Shown here in pieces: positions 37,511 through 46,963 of a stretch of 64,000 bases of DNA. The notes beneath the pieces were generated by a model that worked only from the letters and a program-made list of their open reading frames with translations, did no database searches and had not been told where the DNA came from. Each line of letters begins with the position of its first letter. Position 1 is the first letter of the stretch. This stretch comes from a bacterium (lineage in GTDB: Bacteria; Patescibacteriota; Doudnabacteria; UBA920). The stretch is taken from assembly GCA_016699995.1 (NCBI GenBank), contig CP064996.1, forward strand, positions 690,963-754,962, given 5' to 3'. A program made the position numbers and the translations under genes.

Positions 37511-37632
37511 ACTTCCTCCTAAGTTAAGCTAGCTGGTTATGATACCTAAAAAGAGGCCGTATGTCAACTTCCTGATTTTGACCCATCTATCAAAATCCAG
37601 TACTATTAAATTAGCAATTAAACATTTTTATT

Positions 37633-38156
37633 ATGGACTCTCAACAAAACCATGGTCAAAACCACGGGCACCATGACCAAACCAAACATCACGAACCAAA
37701 GAGCACCTTAACCGGCTTGGAAGGTTTCTTCGACACTTACTTGCGCGAAAAGGCTCCTTTTCAATTCCCGCCAAATGCCCGCGAATGGATCGTAAAGTAT
37801 GGTCCCTGGATTATGCTGATTTTCGTGATCCTCGGCGCCCTAATCCTCATCCCTGCAACGCTAATCGCCCTTGGCCTGACTGCAGTGAGCGTCCCATTCG
37901 CTGCCGCAACAGGCAATCTTGGCCTTACCGGTCTAGGCGTAATCAGCTTGCTGCTAAGCGTAGTTGTACTGATTATGGGAAAGCAGTGGCCATCCCTGCT
38001 TTAATAGAGCGCAAAATGTCTGGCTGGCAATTAGCTTATTATGCCTCCCTGCTGTCCGCCGTGAGTTCGTTATTAATGATGAGCATCCTCGGCGCAGTTA
38101 TCGGTTTAGCTATCAGTATGTATATTTTGTTCCAAATCCGCTCCTACTATAAATAA
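37633..38156 (+). pseudogene. Small membrane protein with a His-rich N-terminus, split by a frameshift near 37980-37995.
   Basis: MDSQQNHGQNHGHHDQTKHHEPK... then TM helices. The C-terminal part continues in another frame (...AVAIPALIERKMSGWQLAYYASLLSAVSSLLMMSILGAVIGLAISMYILFQIRSYYK). Confidence 0.45.
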
Positions 38157-38419
38157 TTTATTAAAATAATATGAAAGTGAAAGTTGAACAACACTTCTTT
38201 TCCGGAGGCCTCTGGATCGCAGCCTGGCTGTTTACCATCGGCTCCTTAGGACTATCTTTCGGACAAGGCGTCCTGGCTATCCTGCTATGGCAGTTCTACC
38301 TAGGCCGACACTTTGGTCCATAAGACAAACACCTCGCCCAGATGGCGAGGTGTTCTAATTTAGCTGGGCTTTACAGAAACATTTGAAAATGATAACATTC
38401 AAAATCAAATGGAGGACAT

Positions 38420-39067
38420 ATGAACTTAATCTTACCCGTCGATTATGTGAATCTCTCTTCTCTTAAGAGAATTAACCCGCGCGTATACTTCCTGGCCGGG
38501 CCGATAATGGGAGGAGATGACTGGCAAGCCAAGGCCTGCAAAATGCTGGGTGAAAAAGATCCCGGCTGTGTAATTATCAACCCGTGCAGATATGGAGTCG
38601 ATCACGAACTGTACCCCTACGCACTACAAACCACCGACAATCTTAAAAGCGAAGAAATCTTCCCTAACCAAACTAAGTGGGAGCGTTATTACATGCTTCA
38701 GGCGGCATCAAAAGGCTGCCTAATCTTTTGGCTGCCGGAAGAAAGCAAGACTGATCCCCGACCACCAGAAAAAGGGCCCTATGCCCGGGACACTTATGGT
38801 GAAATCGGTGAGTGGCGATATCGCCTGAGCCAAAAACGCGAAGCAGAAAGACCATGGGTTCCGGAACACGAAGTCAAGGTAGTGTTCGGAGCTGAACCGA
38901 ACTTTCCAGGACTAAGCATTATCAACAAAAACTTGCAGTACTGTCATGGCATAGAACCTAATAGCGAAAGAGAACAGGTCCCCATCTATACTACCCTCGA
39001 GGAGACTGTAGAAATGGCAGTAATGATGGCAAAAGGCGGACACCGTTTCGCTGGAGCACAAATTTAA
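38420..39067 (+). CDS. Nucleoside 2-deoxyribosyltransferase-like (flavodoxin-like fold) protein; a tentative call.
   Basis: VYFLAGPIMGGDDW...CLIFWLPEES...DTYGEIGEW loosely resembles the Nuc_deoxyrib_tr / DNPH1 pattern (YLAGP ... D.GT..E.G.A). It lies next to the NAD-salvage cluster. Confidence 0.3.
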   Translation: MNLILPVDYVNLSSLKRINPRVYFLAGPIMGGDDWQAKACKMLGEKDPGCVIINPCRYGVDHELYPYALQTTDNLKSEEIFPNQTKWERYYMLQAASKGCLIFWLPEESKTDPRPPEKGPYARDTYGEIGEWRYRLSQKREAERPWVPEHEVKVVFGAEPNFPGLSIINKNLQYCHGIEPNSEREQVPIYTTLEETVEMAVMMAKGGHRFAGAQI

Positions 39068-39148
39068 AACGAGCAGTAAGCTCGTTTTTTTTATTTGCCT
39101 GCTTATTCACCTTGGTCGTAGTTTTCCAGATAAGTAGTTAACTGGCGA

Positions 39149-40519
39149 TTAACTCTGATAAAAGTAGCTCGCTTTGGAAATTCCTTGAGCTGGCGAGCGC
39201 CGATGTAAGTACCAGTACTGCGCAAGCTGCCGAACAGTCTTATACGTGCCGTTGTCTAGGACCAGCTTCAGCCGGCCGGCTTTCGACCTTTTACCAGGAT
39301 CCGTCACTGGATCCTTGTAAACGTCGCTCCAGATACCGCCGTTGCGAACTGCCGAGGCTTTGAAAGCAAACTTCATGGTATCGCGATCAACCTTCTGCAG
39401 CAAGCCGCCGCCCGATCCAAATGCTACGTTATCTGCAGACCACTTGCTAGCCTTCATGGCTTCCAGAATGGTTCCAAGCATGGGATGGGTAATGCCATCG
39501 CCCTGGATAACCCGAACTTTCGGATTAAGCAGCTTGTAGCCTTTGTCGTTGTAAGTGAAGCCGAAGCGCTCTCCCAAAATGTCGAGAACTTTAACCACGA
39601 CTTCCGGAGGATAACCGCTGTCGGGCCGGACGACTAGAACGCCGTCTCGGTCGAGAACCATTTCTTTCAGCTTATTACCCCACAACTCACGGCAAGCATA
39701 AAACACATCATAGCTGTCGCTAACCACAGCAACCAAACCTGTCGGAAAAGAAGCCAGCATATTCGCATAAGCTCCCTCTTCTCGATTGCACCCCCACGAG
39801 GTAATCGTGCTGTGTTCCGCAGCTGGAATCGAAAATCCGGCCATAGCTTCGTGATAATACTTAGCTGCCAGAGTGACTGCGGCCATGGTATCGGTTCCCT
39901 TAAAATTAATTAAGTGAGCCGCACCGCCAATCGCAGCCGATTCGTCCGAAGTGCTGCCGCGATAGCCAAAGTCATGAAGCTTGAAGTCGATCAAGGCAGG
40001 GTCGCCAGTTTCGCGAAGCGCCCGCATGATCAATTCGCGCATAGCACGGCTCTGGGTAGCGACAGTGATTGGATACCAGATCTGGCACAGGATCGTTTCT
40101 AGATAGTTAGTCAGCCAAGGCACCTTGGGATCGGTGTTCTCGACTGTCATAAGCACATTAGAAACAGGCATAACTGATCCTTCGGGAACAGCTTTGATCC
40201 TTATCGGTAAGCGGCCATTGTGCTTGTCGACAATGTGCTGCCAACCCTCTTCGTTGAACAGGGTAGCATCGCCAAAGTGCTGAGCAAAAATTTCCCGCGC
40301 TTCAACAATATCTTCCTGAGTCACAACTACACCCTCTAAGTGGCGCTTGATCAAATACTGCAGGCCGAAGAAAACAGCTTGCGGAAATATTCCGCCGCGG
40401 CTTTCCAAAAAAGAGAACACAGTCGATGTATTCGGAGGATACTGCCTCCAGTGACTAACCTTATAGCTGTCGCTCATTAGAATTATGTTTTCGTGTTTTC
40501 TGTTTAACATGATATTCAC
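39149..40519 (-). CDS. nadV: Nicotinamide phosphoribosyltransferase (NAMPT).
   Basis: FGYRGSTSDESAAIGGAAHLINFKGTDTMAA closely matches the NAMPT active-site region; 456 aa. Confidence 0.9.
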   Translation of the reverse strand: MNIMLNRKHENIILMSDSYKVSHWRQYPPNTSTVFSFLESRGGIFPQAVFFGLQYLIKRHLEGVVVTQEDIVEAREIFAQHFGDATLFNEEGWQHIVDKHNGRLPIRIKAVPEGSVMPVSNVLMTVENTDPKVPWLTNYLETILCQIWYPITVATQSRAMRELIMRALRETGDPALIDFKLHDFGYRGSTSDESAAIGGAAHLINFKGTDTMAAVTLAAKYYHEAMAGFSIPAAEHSTITSWGCNREEGAYANMLASFPTGLVAVVSDSYDVFYACRELWGNKLKEMVLDRDGVLVVRPDSGYPPEVVVKVLDILGERFGFTYNDKGYKLLNPKVRVIQGDGITHPMLGTILEAMKASKWSADNVAFGSGGGLLQKVDRDTMKFAFKASAVRNGGIWSDVYKDPVTDPGKRSKAGRLKLVLDNGTYKTVRQLAQYWYLHRRSPAQGISKASYFYQS

Positions 40520-41433
40520 CTCGCACTTTTAGCCAAAGTTTGGCCTAAATATTCCTTGAGCATCTCTACCAGGGGCAAGTGCTCGTCAATAACTTTGCCT
40601 TCCAGTTCACTCAACGGGACCCAAGCCAAGGCATTCAAATCATCGCTGGCCTGCGGCCGGCCATAAATATACTTAGCAACAAAGAAAGCAGACATTACTC
40701 CATCCAATCCGCCGCGATACCGCCAGTCGGCGATTCTCGCAGAACCGAGATATTTATAACAATCAGTTTCGATGGAACCCACTTCTTCGAGGGTTTCCCG
40801 CTTAGCAGCCCGCTCGAGGCTGGGATCCGTAGGATCTACAAATCCGCCCACGAACCGAAATTTCTCGCCGTCGCCGATCTTATGACCGAGCAGCACTGAC
40901 TGATCGCTGTCTCTAATGATAGCCGTATCCACCACCTGGTAAGAGGTAGGGAAAGGCAATTTAGAAGCATAGATCATGCCAACCCGGAAGTCGGGACTGC
41001 CCAGAGCTCCGACCGCTTCCCGCATTTCCGTGGCATTGTATTCCTGACCATTACGATCACTCTGAGCCTCAACCAATTCGGTACGATGCTTGCCCTTATA
41101 ATGCTCAAAGAAACAGTCTCTCGAGCCATAAAGCACAGCATTCGTAGATGGAAAGTATCCTTCGATAATTTCGTCCAGTCGAGCGGACCAGATTTCATCG
41201 CTGCGATTGTCCTCGATTCTGGCAATTACAACATCTGGGAAATAGCGGCTGATCATCATCGATCTGGTTTCGAAGTCCAACGGGTTACGCCTCGATAAAG
41301 GCAACGGAGAACACCCTATCACAACCAAAACTCGGTCATGATGAGCCAAAGCATAATTCAATATGAATTTATGGCCTGGATGAAGGTACGGAACCTGAAA
41401 ACGCCCAACGACAACAGCAACATCTCTACGCAT
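40516..41433 (-). CDS. nadM: Bifunctional NMN adenylyltransferase / Nudix ADP-ribose pyrophosphatase (NadM-Nudix).
   Basis: N-terminal GRFQVPYLHPGHKF (archaeal-type NMNAT), C-terminal Nudix box GGFVDPTDPSLERAAKRETLEEVG. The stop overlaps the nadV start (ATGA). Confidence 0.85.
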   Translation of the reverse strand: MRRDVAVVVGRFQVPYLHPGHKFILNYALAHHDRVLVVIGCSPLPLSRRNPLDFETRSMMISRYFPDVVIARIEDNRSDEIWSARLDEIIEGYFPSTNAVLYGSRDCFFEHYKGKHRTELVEAQSDRNGQEYNATEMREAVGALGSPDFRVGMIYASKLPFPTSYQVVDTAIIRDSDQSVLLGHKIGDGEKFRFVGGFVDPTDPSLERAAKRETLEEVGSIETDCYKYLGSARIADWRYRGGLDGVMSAFFVAKYIYGRPQASDDLNALAWVPLSELEGKVIDEHLPLVEMLKEYLGQTLAKSAR

Positions 41434-41571
41434 ATAATTTCCTCCCTAAATATGAAAAGGTTCTGTCTTAGCTGTTGAGCTAAGGTCTCTGTGGTGTACG
41501 GCCACAAGGATCTTGTCTTAACAATGATTTGTTATTAGTGTATTATTTACACTAACTAAAGATAAAAAATA

Positions 41572-42291
41572 TTAAAGAACCTCGATCACTTCTACATTGA
41601 GTGAACGGAATGCATATAACTTTGCCGGTCGAAACTTGCCTCCCCTACGCTCTTTGCCGGTATCTTTGAGTATCCCTAAGCTGAGTATCTTCTTTCGGAA
41701 ATTACGCTTATCAATATCTTTATCCAGTATCAATTCGTAAGCCTGCTCTAGTTCGGTTAAAGTGAATTCCTTAGGCATGAACTGCGCTACTATAGTCGTG
41801 TAAGCCGCTTTCGTCTTCAGCCTGTCTAAGGCAGTAGCAATTATCTCTTTGTGGTCGTAAGCCATGCTTGGTAATTTTTTTACATTTTGCCACCATGAGT
41901 CGGCAGAATTTTCCCGTTCGCGCGTACTAAGCCGATCCCATGGAACAATCCCCGTATAAGCCAAGGCCACTACACGGCCGCGCGGATCGCGGTTGATATC
42001 CGAAAAAGTATACAATTGCTCTAAATAGACTTTGGAATCTATCACACCCGCTTTATCGCGAAGCAGTCTCTTCACGGATTGCTCCGCATTAACTTCCGTA
42101 GGAAGAATCAGCCCGCCCGGCAAACCAGCTTTATTATTGAAATAAGGAGGGACATTAACCGAGACCAAGCGAATCAAAAGCTGGCCGTCGGCAACTGTCC
42201 AAAGTGCTGCGTCGGCGGCAATAATAGCAAATTTAAGATCCTTAGGATCCAGCGCCGGTTTAAACAATTTGTTCTTAGCTGTGTTCTTCAT
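41572..42291 (-). CDS. nrtR: NrtR: Nudix-related transcriptional regulator of NAD metabolism.
   Basis: N-terminal Nudix-like domain with a degenerate Nudix box (PGGLILPTEVNAEQSVKRLLRDKAG). C-terminal winged helix ...RNFRKKILSLGILKDTGKERRGGKFRPAKLYAF. Confidence 0.75.
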   Translation of the reverse strand: MKNTAKNKLFKPALDPKDLKFAIIAADAALWTVADGQLLIRLVSVNVPPYFNNKAGLPGGLILPTEVNAEQSVKRLLRDKAGVIDSKVYLEQLYTFSDINRDPRGRVVALAYTGIVPWDRLSTRERENSADSWWQNVKKLPSMAYDHKEIIATALDRLKTKAAYTTIVAQFMPKEFTLTELEQAYELILDKDIDKRNFRKKILSLGILKDTGKERRGGKFRPAKLYAFRSLNVEVIEVL

Positions 42292-42365
42292 ACATACCCA
42301 GTATATACTAGTTATTAGTTAGTGTCAAGTTTACACTATATATTTTAATTGGCTTATTTATAGGG

Positions 42366-43049
42366 TTATTTCTTAGGAAACTGGAGTTTTACACTTTTAC
42401 CTTTTGCTTGCCACTCGATAATTTTGCCTGCTTCTATTTCTATTGGGTCAGCTTTGCGCAATCCCCTCGCCTGGTTGGGCCTAAGTATATTATAGTGAAA
42501 GGAATCTTCGAGAGCATTATTGATCTCCCATAAGTTTTCAGTGCTTGTCATCCAGCTCTTATCTTTTATCTTAGATAGGTCAAAGGGTCTGGAAAATTTG
42601 CGCAGAGTCTTATGGCCGCTGTCTTTAAAGTACTCATGAAAATACGACATGGCCAATTCGCGTACAGTTTTATAAACCGGCTCACGATAACGCAGCACGG
42701 CGTGATTGGTCTTGCTGATAGCTCCCCACAATCTATTTTGACGGAATAAAGCGACTACATGATCGTCATCATTTTTCGTTGTCACTAAATCGAGCAATAA
42801 TGGCTTTTGCCCATGATACCAGAGCGCCACGGCCGCCAGTAAAGCCCCTTCCATGCAATGGGCTGTCTTTAGTCTGAGTACTTCCCGCGGCGAGCGGGAT
42901 GTATCGCCTTGCTCTTCAAAATTGATCGGCAGCCTATTAAGATAATCCTGAATCTTCTGAGGCGTATTAAGTTTTTGTAATAGTCTGAGTTCAGCATTGT
43001 TAAAACCGAAAAACTTCTTCATATATATAATCATGACACAACACAGCAA
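42366..43049 (-). CDS. Transglutaminase-like (papain-fold Cys-His-Asp) domain protein.
   Basis: AHCMEGALLAAVALWYHGQKPLLLDL...DDDHVVALF...WGAISKTNH shows Cys, His and Asp/Asn spacing like the PF01841 core. Confidence 0.45.
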   Translation of the reverse strand: MLCCVMIIYMKKFFGFNNAELRLLQKLNTPQKIQDYLNRLPINFEEQGDTSRSPREVLRLKTAHCMEGALLAAVALWYHGQKPLLLDLVTTKNDDDHVVALFRQNRLWGAISKTNHAVLRYREPVYKTVRELAMSYFHEYFKDSGHKTLRKFSRPFDLSKIKDKSWMTSTENLWEINNALEDSFHYNILRPNQARGLRKADPIEIEAGKIIEWQAKGKSVKLQFPKK

Positions 43050-43133
43050 GGTGTCAATAAATTTTGGGGCGAATCGGGCCTTTGCCCAATCCTAAAAAAG
43101 TGCTACGATAATAAACTATTGTGAGGAGGAATC

Positions 43134-43862
43134 ATGAATAAATACAGAGTAGCTTTTGGCAGTAAGAAAACCCTGCTGGCCGTGGTTCACTGCGAAGATG
43201 TCGAGCATTCGATCCGCAATACCAGACTCGCTAAGGAAAACGGAGCCCATGGGGTATTCCTTATTAACCATAATTTCGGACCCAAAGAGTTAATGGAAAA
43301 CTATCGGGCAGTTCGCACTGAATTTCCAGATTACTGGATAGGTATTAACCTACTTGGTGTAAGCCTGAAAAACATTTTCGATTACGCCACCCGCCATGTC
43401 AATGGTATCTGGACAGACAACGCCGGCGTGCCAGACGAGGAATGGAAGCGAACCCGCGGGAAATGCCAAGCCGACGATTTCCTTAAAGAAACAAGCAATT
43501 GGCCAGGGATTTACTTTGGCGGAACAGCCTTCAAGTACACGCATCAGGTAAACGACGACCCGGCGACCGCTGCAGAGAATGCCATGGCTTATATGGATGT
43601 AATCACAACCAGTGGATCGGGTACTGGCAGTGCTCCAATGGTGGACAAGCTAAAAGCCATGCGCAAAGCAGTCGGTAATTTCCCCATTGCCAATGCAAGC
43701 GGCAACAGTCTTGAGAACGCAATAGATTTTTGCGAGCATGTTGATTGCCTTATCACAGCTTCATCTTTACTCAAGACCAAAGTGCGCACCTACGGACCCG
43801 ATGAGTTCGATCCGGACAAAATCTACCAGATGGTTCGACTACTGGAACAGCTAAGCGATTAG
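43134..43862 (+). CDS. TIM-barrel protein, BtpA/SgcQ-family-like; a tentative call.
   Basis: LLAVVHCEDVEHSIRNTRLAKENGAHGVFLINH...TTSGSGTGSAPMVDKLKAMRKAVGNFPIANASGNS gives a phosphate-binding-like Gly-rich C-terminus. RBS GAGGAGG. Confidence 0.4.
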   Translation: MNKYRVAFGSKKTLLAVVHCEDVEHSIRNTRLAKENGAHGVFLINHNFGPKELMENYRAVRTEFPDYWIGINLLGVSLKNIFDYATRHVNGIWTDNAGVPDEEWKRTRGKCQADDFLKETSNWPGIYFGGTAFKYTHQVNDDPATAAENAMAYMDVITTSGSGTGSAPMVDKLKAMRKAVGNFPIANASGNSLENAIDFCEHVDCLITASSLLKTKVRTYGPDEFDPDKIYQMVRLLEQLSD

Positions 43863-43985
43863 ATCTGTAAAAATTATAAAACCGCTGCCATTTTGAGCAA
43901 CGGTTTTTATTAATTTTTTCAAAAAATTTTCGTCTATATATAAAAACTGCCTTTAATGGCAGTTTTTTGCTTAGGACAGTGAGCT

Positions 43986-44387
43986 TTAAGCCTTTGCCAC
44001 CGGCTGGGTACAATGCTTGCAGCGTGAGGCCTGATAAGGAATCTCCCCCAAGCATTCCTCGCACGCTTTACTGGTCGGACTCCCAGGCTTAGAAACCTTG
44101 GCTAAAATCTTCCCCATGGGTACCACCACAAAAAAGTAAATTGCCGCCGCCACCAGTACGAATGCAATCAGAGCATTCAGTAGCTTGCCATAACCGATTG
44201 CGCTGCCATTAATGACAAATGCCAGCTTCGAAAAATCGGGCACCTTGGCTAAAGCAGAGATAAGTGGTGTAATTACATCTGCTACTAATGAATTAACTAC
44301 GCTTCCGAAGGAGGCACCAATAACCACACCAACCGCTAGGTCTACGACATTGCCCCGCATTAAGAAAGCCTTAAAGCCTTGTAACAT
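43986..44387 (-). CDS. mscL: Large-conductance mechanosensitive channel MscL with a C-terminal Cys4 zinc-ribbon extension.
   Basis: [35 protein letters not shown]-terminus [22 protein letters not shown] gives CxxC-x11-CxxC. Confidence 0.85.
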   Translation of the reverse strand: MLQGFKAFLMRGNVVDLAVGVVIGASFGSVVNSLVADVITPLISALAKVPDFSKLAFVINGSAIGYGKLLNALIAFVLVAAAIYFFVVVPMGKILAKVSKPGSPTSKACEECLGEIPYQASRCKHCTQPVAKA

Positions 44388-44518
44388 AATTTTTGGATTA
44401 ATTGTTTGCTCTTAAAAATACTATCATACTCTGCACCATAAAAACAGAGAAAAAAACACCCTGTTGGCAACAGGGGTTTTTAATAATGCTATTTAATTTT
44501 TGTTTTTATATTTAGTTG

Positions 44519-46816
44519 TTATGGCAAGTAGCCCATAGTTCCTTCGAACTTGTAACCGCCTTTGACAGCCGCATCTCGTTCGGCAGCCTGCGTGGTATAG
44601 AAGTGATCGCCCAGCTTAGAATTATTTAAGCGGTAGAGCTGTGCGCGATTACTGCTAGGGCTATTGTAGATGTATCCGATGATGCCCTCGCGAGCATATC
44701 CAGAAGCCTTGGCTTCGGCATCGCTGGTAGTATAGAAGTGATCGCCGAATTTGGCGCTCCATAGTCGGTATACTGCGATACGGTCGCTGCCCGGAACGCT
44801 AAGCATATTGCCCGCAATTCCTTCGGATACATATCCGCGCTTTAATGCATCGTCGCGTTCATCCATACGGGTAGTATAGAAGTGATCGGTGGTTTTAGAA
44901 TTCCATAATCGGTAGACTGGGATGATTTCGCTGCCCGGGCGAGGAGTACCGCAAGTGTATCCTACGAATCCCTGCTGTACGAAACCTAAGCCTAAGATGG
45001 CATCACGCTCTACGGTAGAGGAAGTCGCCAAATAATGCTTGGATGAATCGTTGTACATGCGATACAAAGGGCTAGATCCGGTTACCTGAGTCGGATAAAC
45101 ATAGCCGATTGTTCCGTCTAGCTTATAACCGTAAGTCTGCGCGCCGGCCAAATCAGTCGTATAGTAGTGATCTCGTCGTTCTGCATTATAAGATTGGTAA
45201 AGAGGCACGGTGCCAGCAGCCTGGTTTGGGTAAATATATGTTGTAATGCCTTCGGAAGCATAGCCGCTTGGGGCAGTAGCGCTGGTGCTGTAATAATGGT
45301 CGGTGTCGCGAGCGCTATAGTAGCGGTAGAGGGCAGTTAAAGTATTAACCGGGCCGTCTACACAATTGGCGGCAATAGGAGGCTGGGTAGTCTGATTGAT
45401 AGTTACCGAATAAGTTTTCTCTGCGTAAGAGGTCTTGATTTTAGCTTCTGGGAATGGTTCCCCAACACCAGCTCCATGAGGAGCATCGAGACGCTGGCCG
45501 CTGTCAGTAACTCCTACTTTGATCTTGTAGGTGCCAGCTGCAACAAAAGTTGCGCTGATCTGGCCGCTGTTATCGATGCTAACTTTAGCCGGTGGGGTAA
45601 CTCCCACAATACTGAAATTATATGGCTGTATGCCGCCAGTCGCAGAAACCTTTGCGTTGTAGGGAACATTAACTGTGCCGGATGGCAAAGTACCATCGCC
45701 TGTCAAAGTTAAGTCTCCACCAGCAATTATGATACATGTCGCATTCGCGCCGATGCGCAAGGAAGCTTCTTGTCGTGTCGCAATTCTAACGCGCGCGCGG
45801 TCGTACCCTAAACAAGAAAGAACTTGATCGTTAGGAATGAGGCGCAGCTGGCCATCCTTCACCAGATAAATCGAATTGAAAGGAGTATTAGGTACGCCGC
45901 TTACAATTTGATTATCCCGTATTTGTGCAGGGAACTGAGGATTACAGTAAATTGGTTCTGCTTCAGGGATGCGTTCATGAGCTGGAATGCCGTTGCGAAT
46001 CAATGCGGGGTTTAATCCCAAACATGCCATCACCTCTTCGGCTGGGTAAGGTAACGGATGCTTTACACCGTCGCCCATTTTGAATACATAATTCGGATTG
46101 CTCAATAAGCGGATGTAAGTTCCTGGTGGATAATCATCTCCTGGATCGGAATTAGTTTTTACGATCTGCACAGATGTCTGCGCACGATATATGCCATCAA
46201 TGGTAAGAATCAAGTTGCTCGCGCCATCGAAAAACTCTTTAGGCAAATTAGTTGGCACAGTCCATTTGGTGGAGCCGGAATTTTCCTCTTCTTTCACGAT
46301 CACCACTTGAGGAGTACAAGAAGGAGGAATAGCATTGGTACAGGCCGCCGGACTGCTTGGCTCCAAGACTAATGAGTAGACAGACCTTCGTGCGCTATCT
46401 AAGCGTGGAGGACTATTCCACGAAATGCTATAAGTCTGACCCTGCACCCACTTTGCATTGGGCTCTGGGTTAACAATCGAAATGTTAGGATCAATACACG
46501 GATATCGGATACAATTAAACACAGGAGTGCATTGCTTGTCTATTGCAGGATCGCAAGAGGGTGGAGGATCACAATGGGTTGTTACCCCGTCGATCTCACA
46601 CATAGGTTGCGGGATCGGAGCCGGTCGTTCTACGTCGGCACTGGAAAACAGACTGCTTAGGTTTACACCTAATAAACGTTCGGACATTGGCGTAGCCATA
46701 AATGCCAACGTACCTCCCAAGACAACCAACAGAGCCAAAAGCAACCGAACTTTTCGGTCGTGATGCTGGGGCTGGTTTCCCTGAGGAGGGTTTGATCCAT
46801 TATTAAGATGGTTCAT
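44519..46816 (-). CDS. Secreted or cell-surface protein (765 aa) with an N-terminal Cys/Pro-rich region, Ig-like domains and C-terminal tandem DUF5648-like repeats.
   Basis: Signal/TM LLLALLVVLGGTLAFMA. Repeats such as PLYRMYNDSSKHYLATSS, IPVYRLWNSKTTDHFYTTRMDERDDALKRGYVSEGIAG and AVYRLWSAKFGDHFYTTS recur six or more times. Confidence 0.6.
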   Translation of the reverse strand: MNHLNNGSNPPQGNQPQHHDRKVRLLLALLVVLGGTLAFMATPMSERLLGVNLSSLFSSADVERPAPIPQPMCEIDGVTTHCDPPPSCDPAIDKQCTPVFNCIRYPCIDPNISIVNPEPNAKWVQGQTYSISWNSPPRLDSARRSVYSLVLEPSSPAACTNAIPPSCTPQVVIVKEEENSGSTKWTVPTNLPKEFFDGASNLILTIDGIYRAQTSVQIVKTNSDPGDDYPPGTYIRLLSNPNYVFKMGDGVKHPLPYPAEEVMACLGLNPALIRNGIPAHERIPEAEPIYCNPQFPAQIRDNQIVSGVPNTPFNSIYLVKDGQLRLIPNDQVLSCLGYDRARVRIATRQEASLRIGANATCIIIAGGDLTLTGDGTLPSGTVNVPYNAKVSATGGIQPYNFSIVGVTPPAKVSIDNSGQISATFVAAGTYKIKVGVTDSGQRLDAPHGAGVGEPFPEAKIKTSYAEKTYSVTINQTTQPPIAANCVDGPVNTLTALYRYYSARDTDHYYSTSATAPSGYASEGITTYIYPNQAAGTVPLYQSYNAERRDHYYTTDLAGAQTYGYKLDGTIGYVYPTQVTGSSPLYRMYNDSSKHYLATSSTVERDAILGLGFVQQGFVGYTCGTPRPGSEIIPVYRLWNSKTTDHFYTTRMDERDDALKRGYVSEGIAGNMLSVPGSDRIAVYRLWSAKFGDHFYTTSDAEAKASGYAREGIIGYIYNSPSSNRAQLYRLNNSKLGDHFYTTQAAERDAAVKGGYKFEGTMGYLP

Positions 46817-46963
46817 TTTTCTTTATTTAATTGTGTTTTTATTTTTGTTTCTTAAACAAACTCTGCGTTTGTTTGTACTTGTTACTTATATCATACCATA
46901 GATTAGAAAAAATTTCAAGTTTATCCTCTGGAAATTTTCATATTCCTTTGCCACAATGTACAT

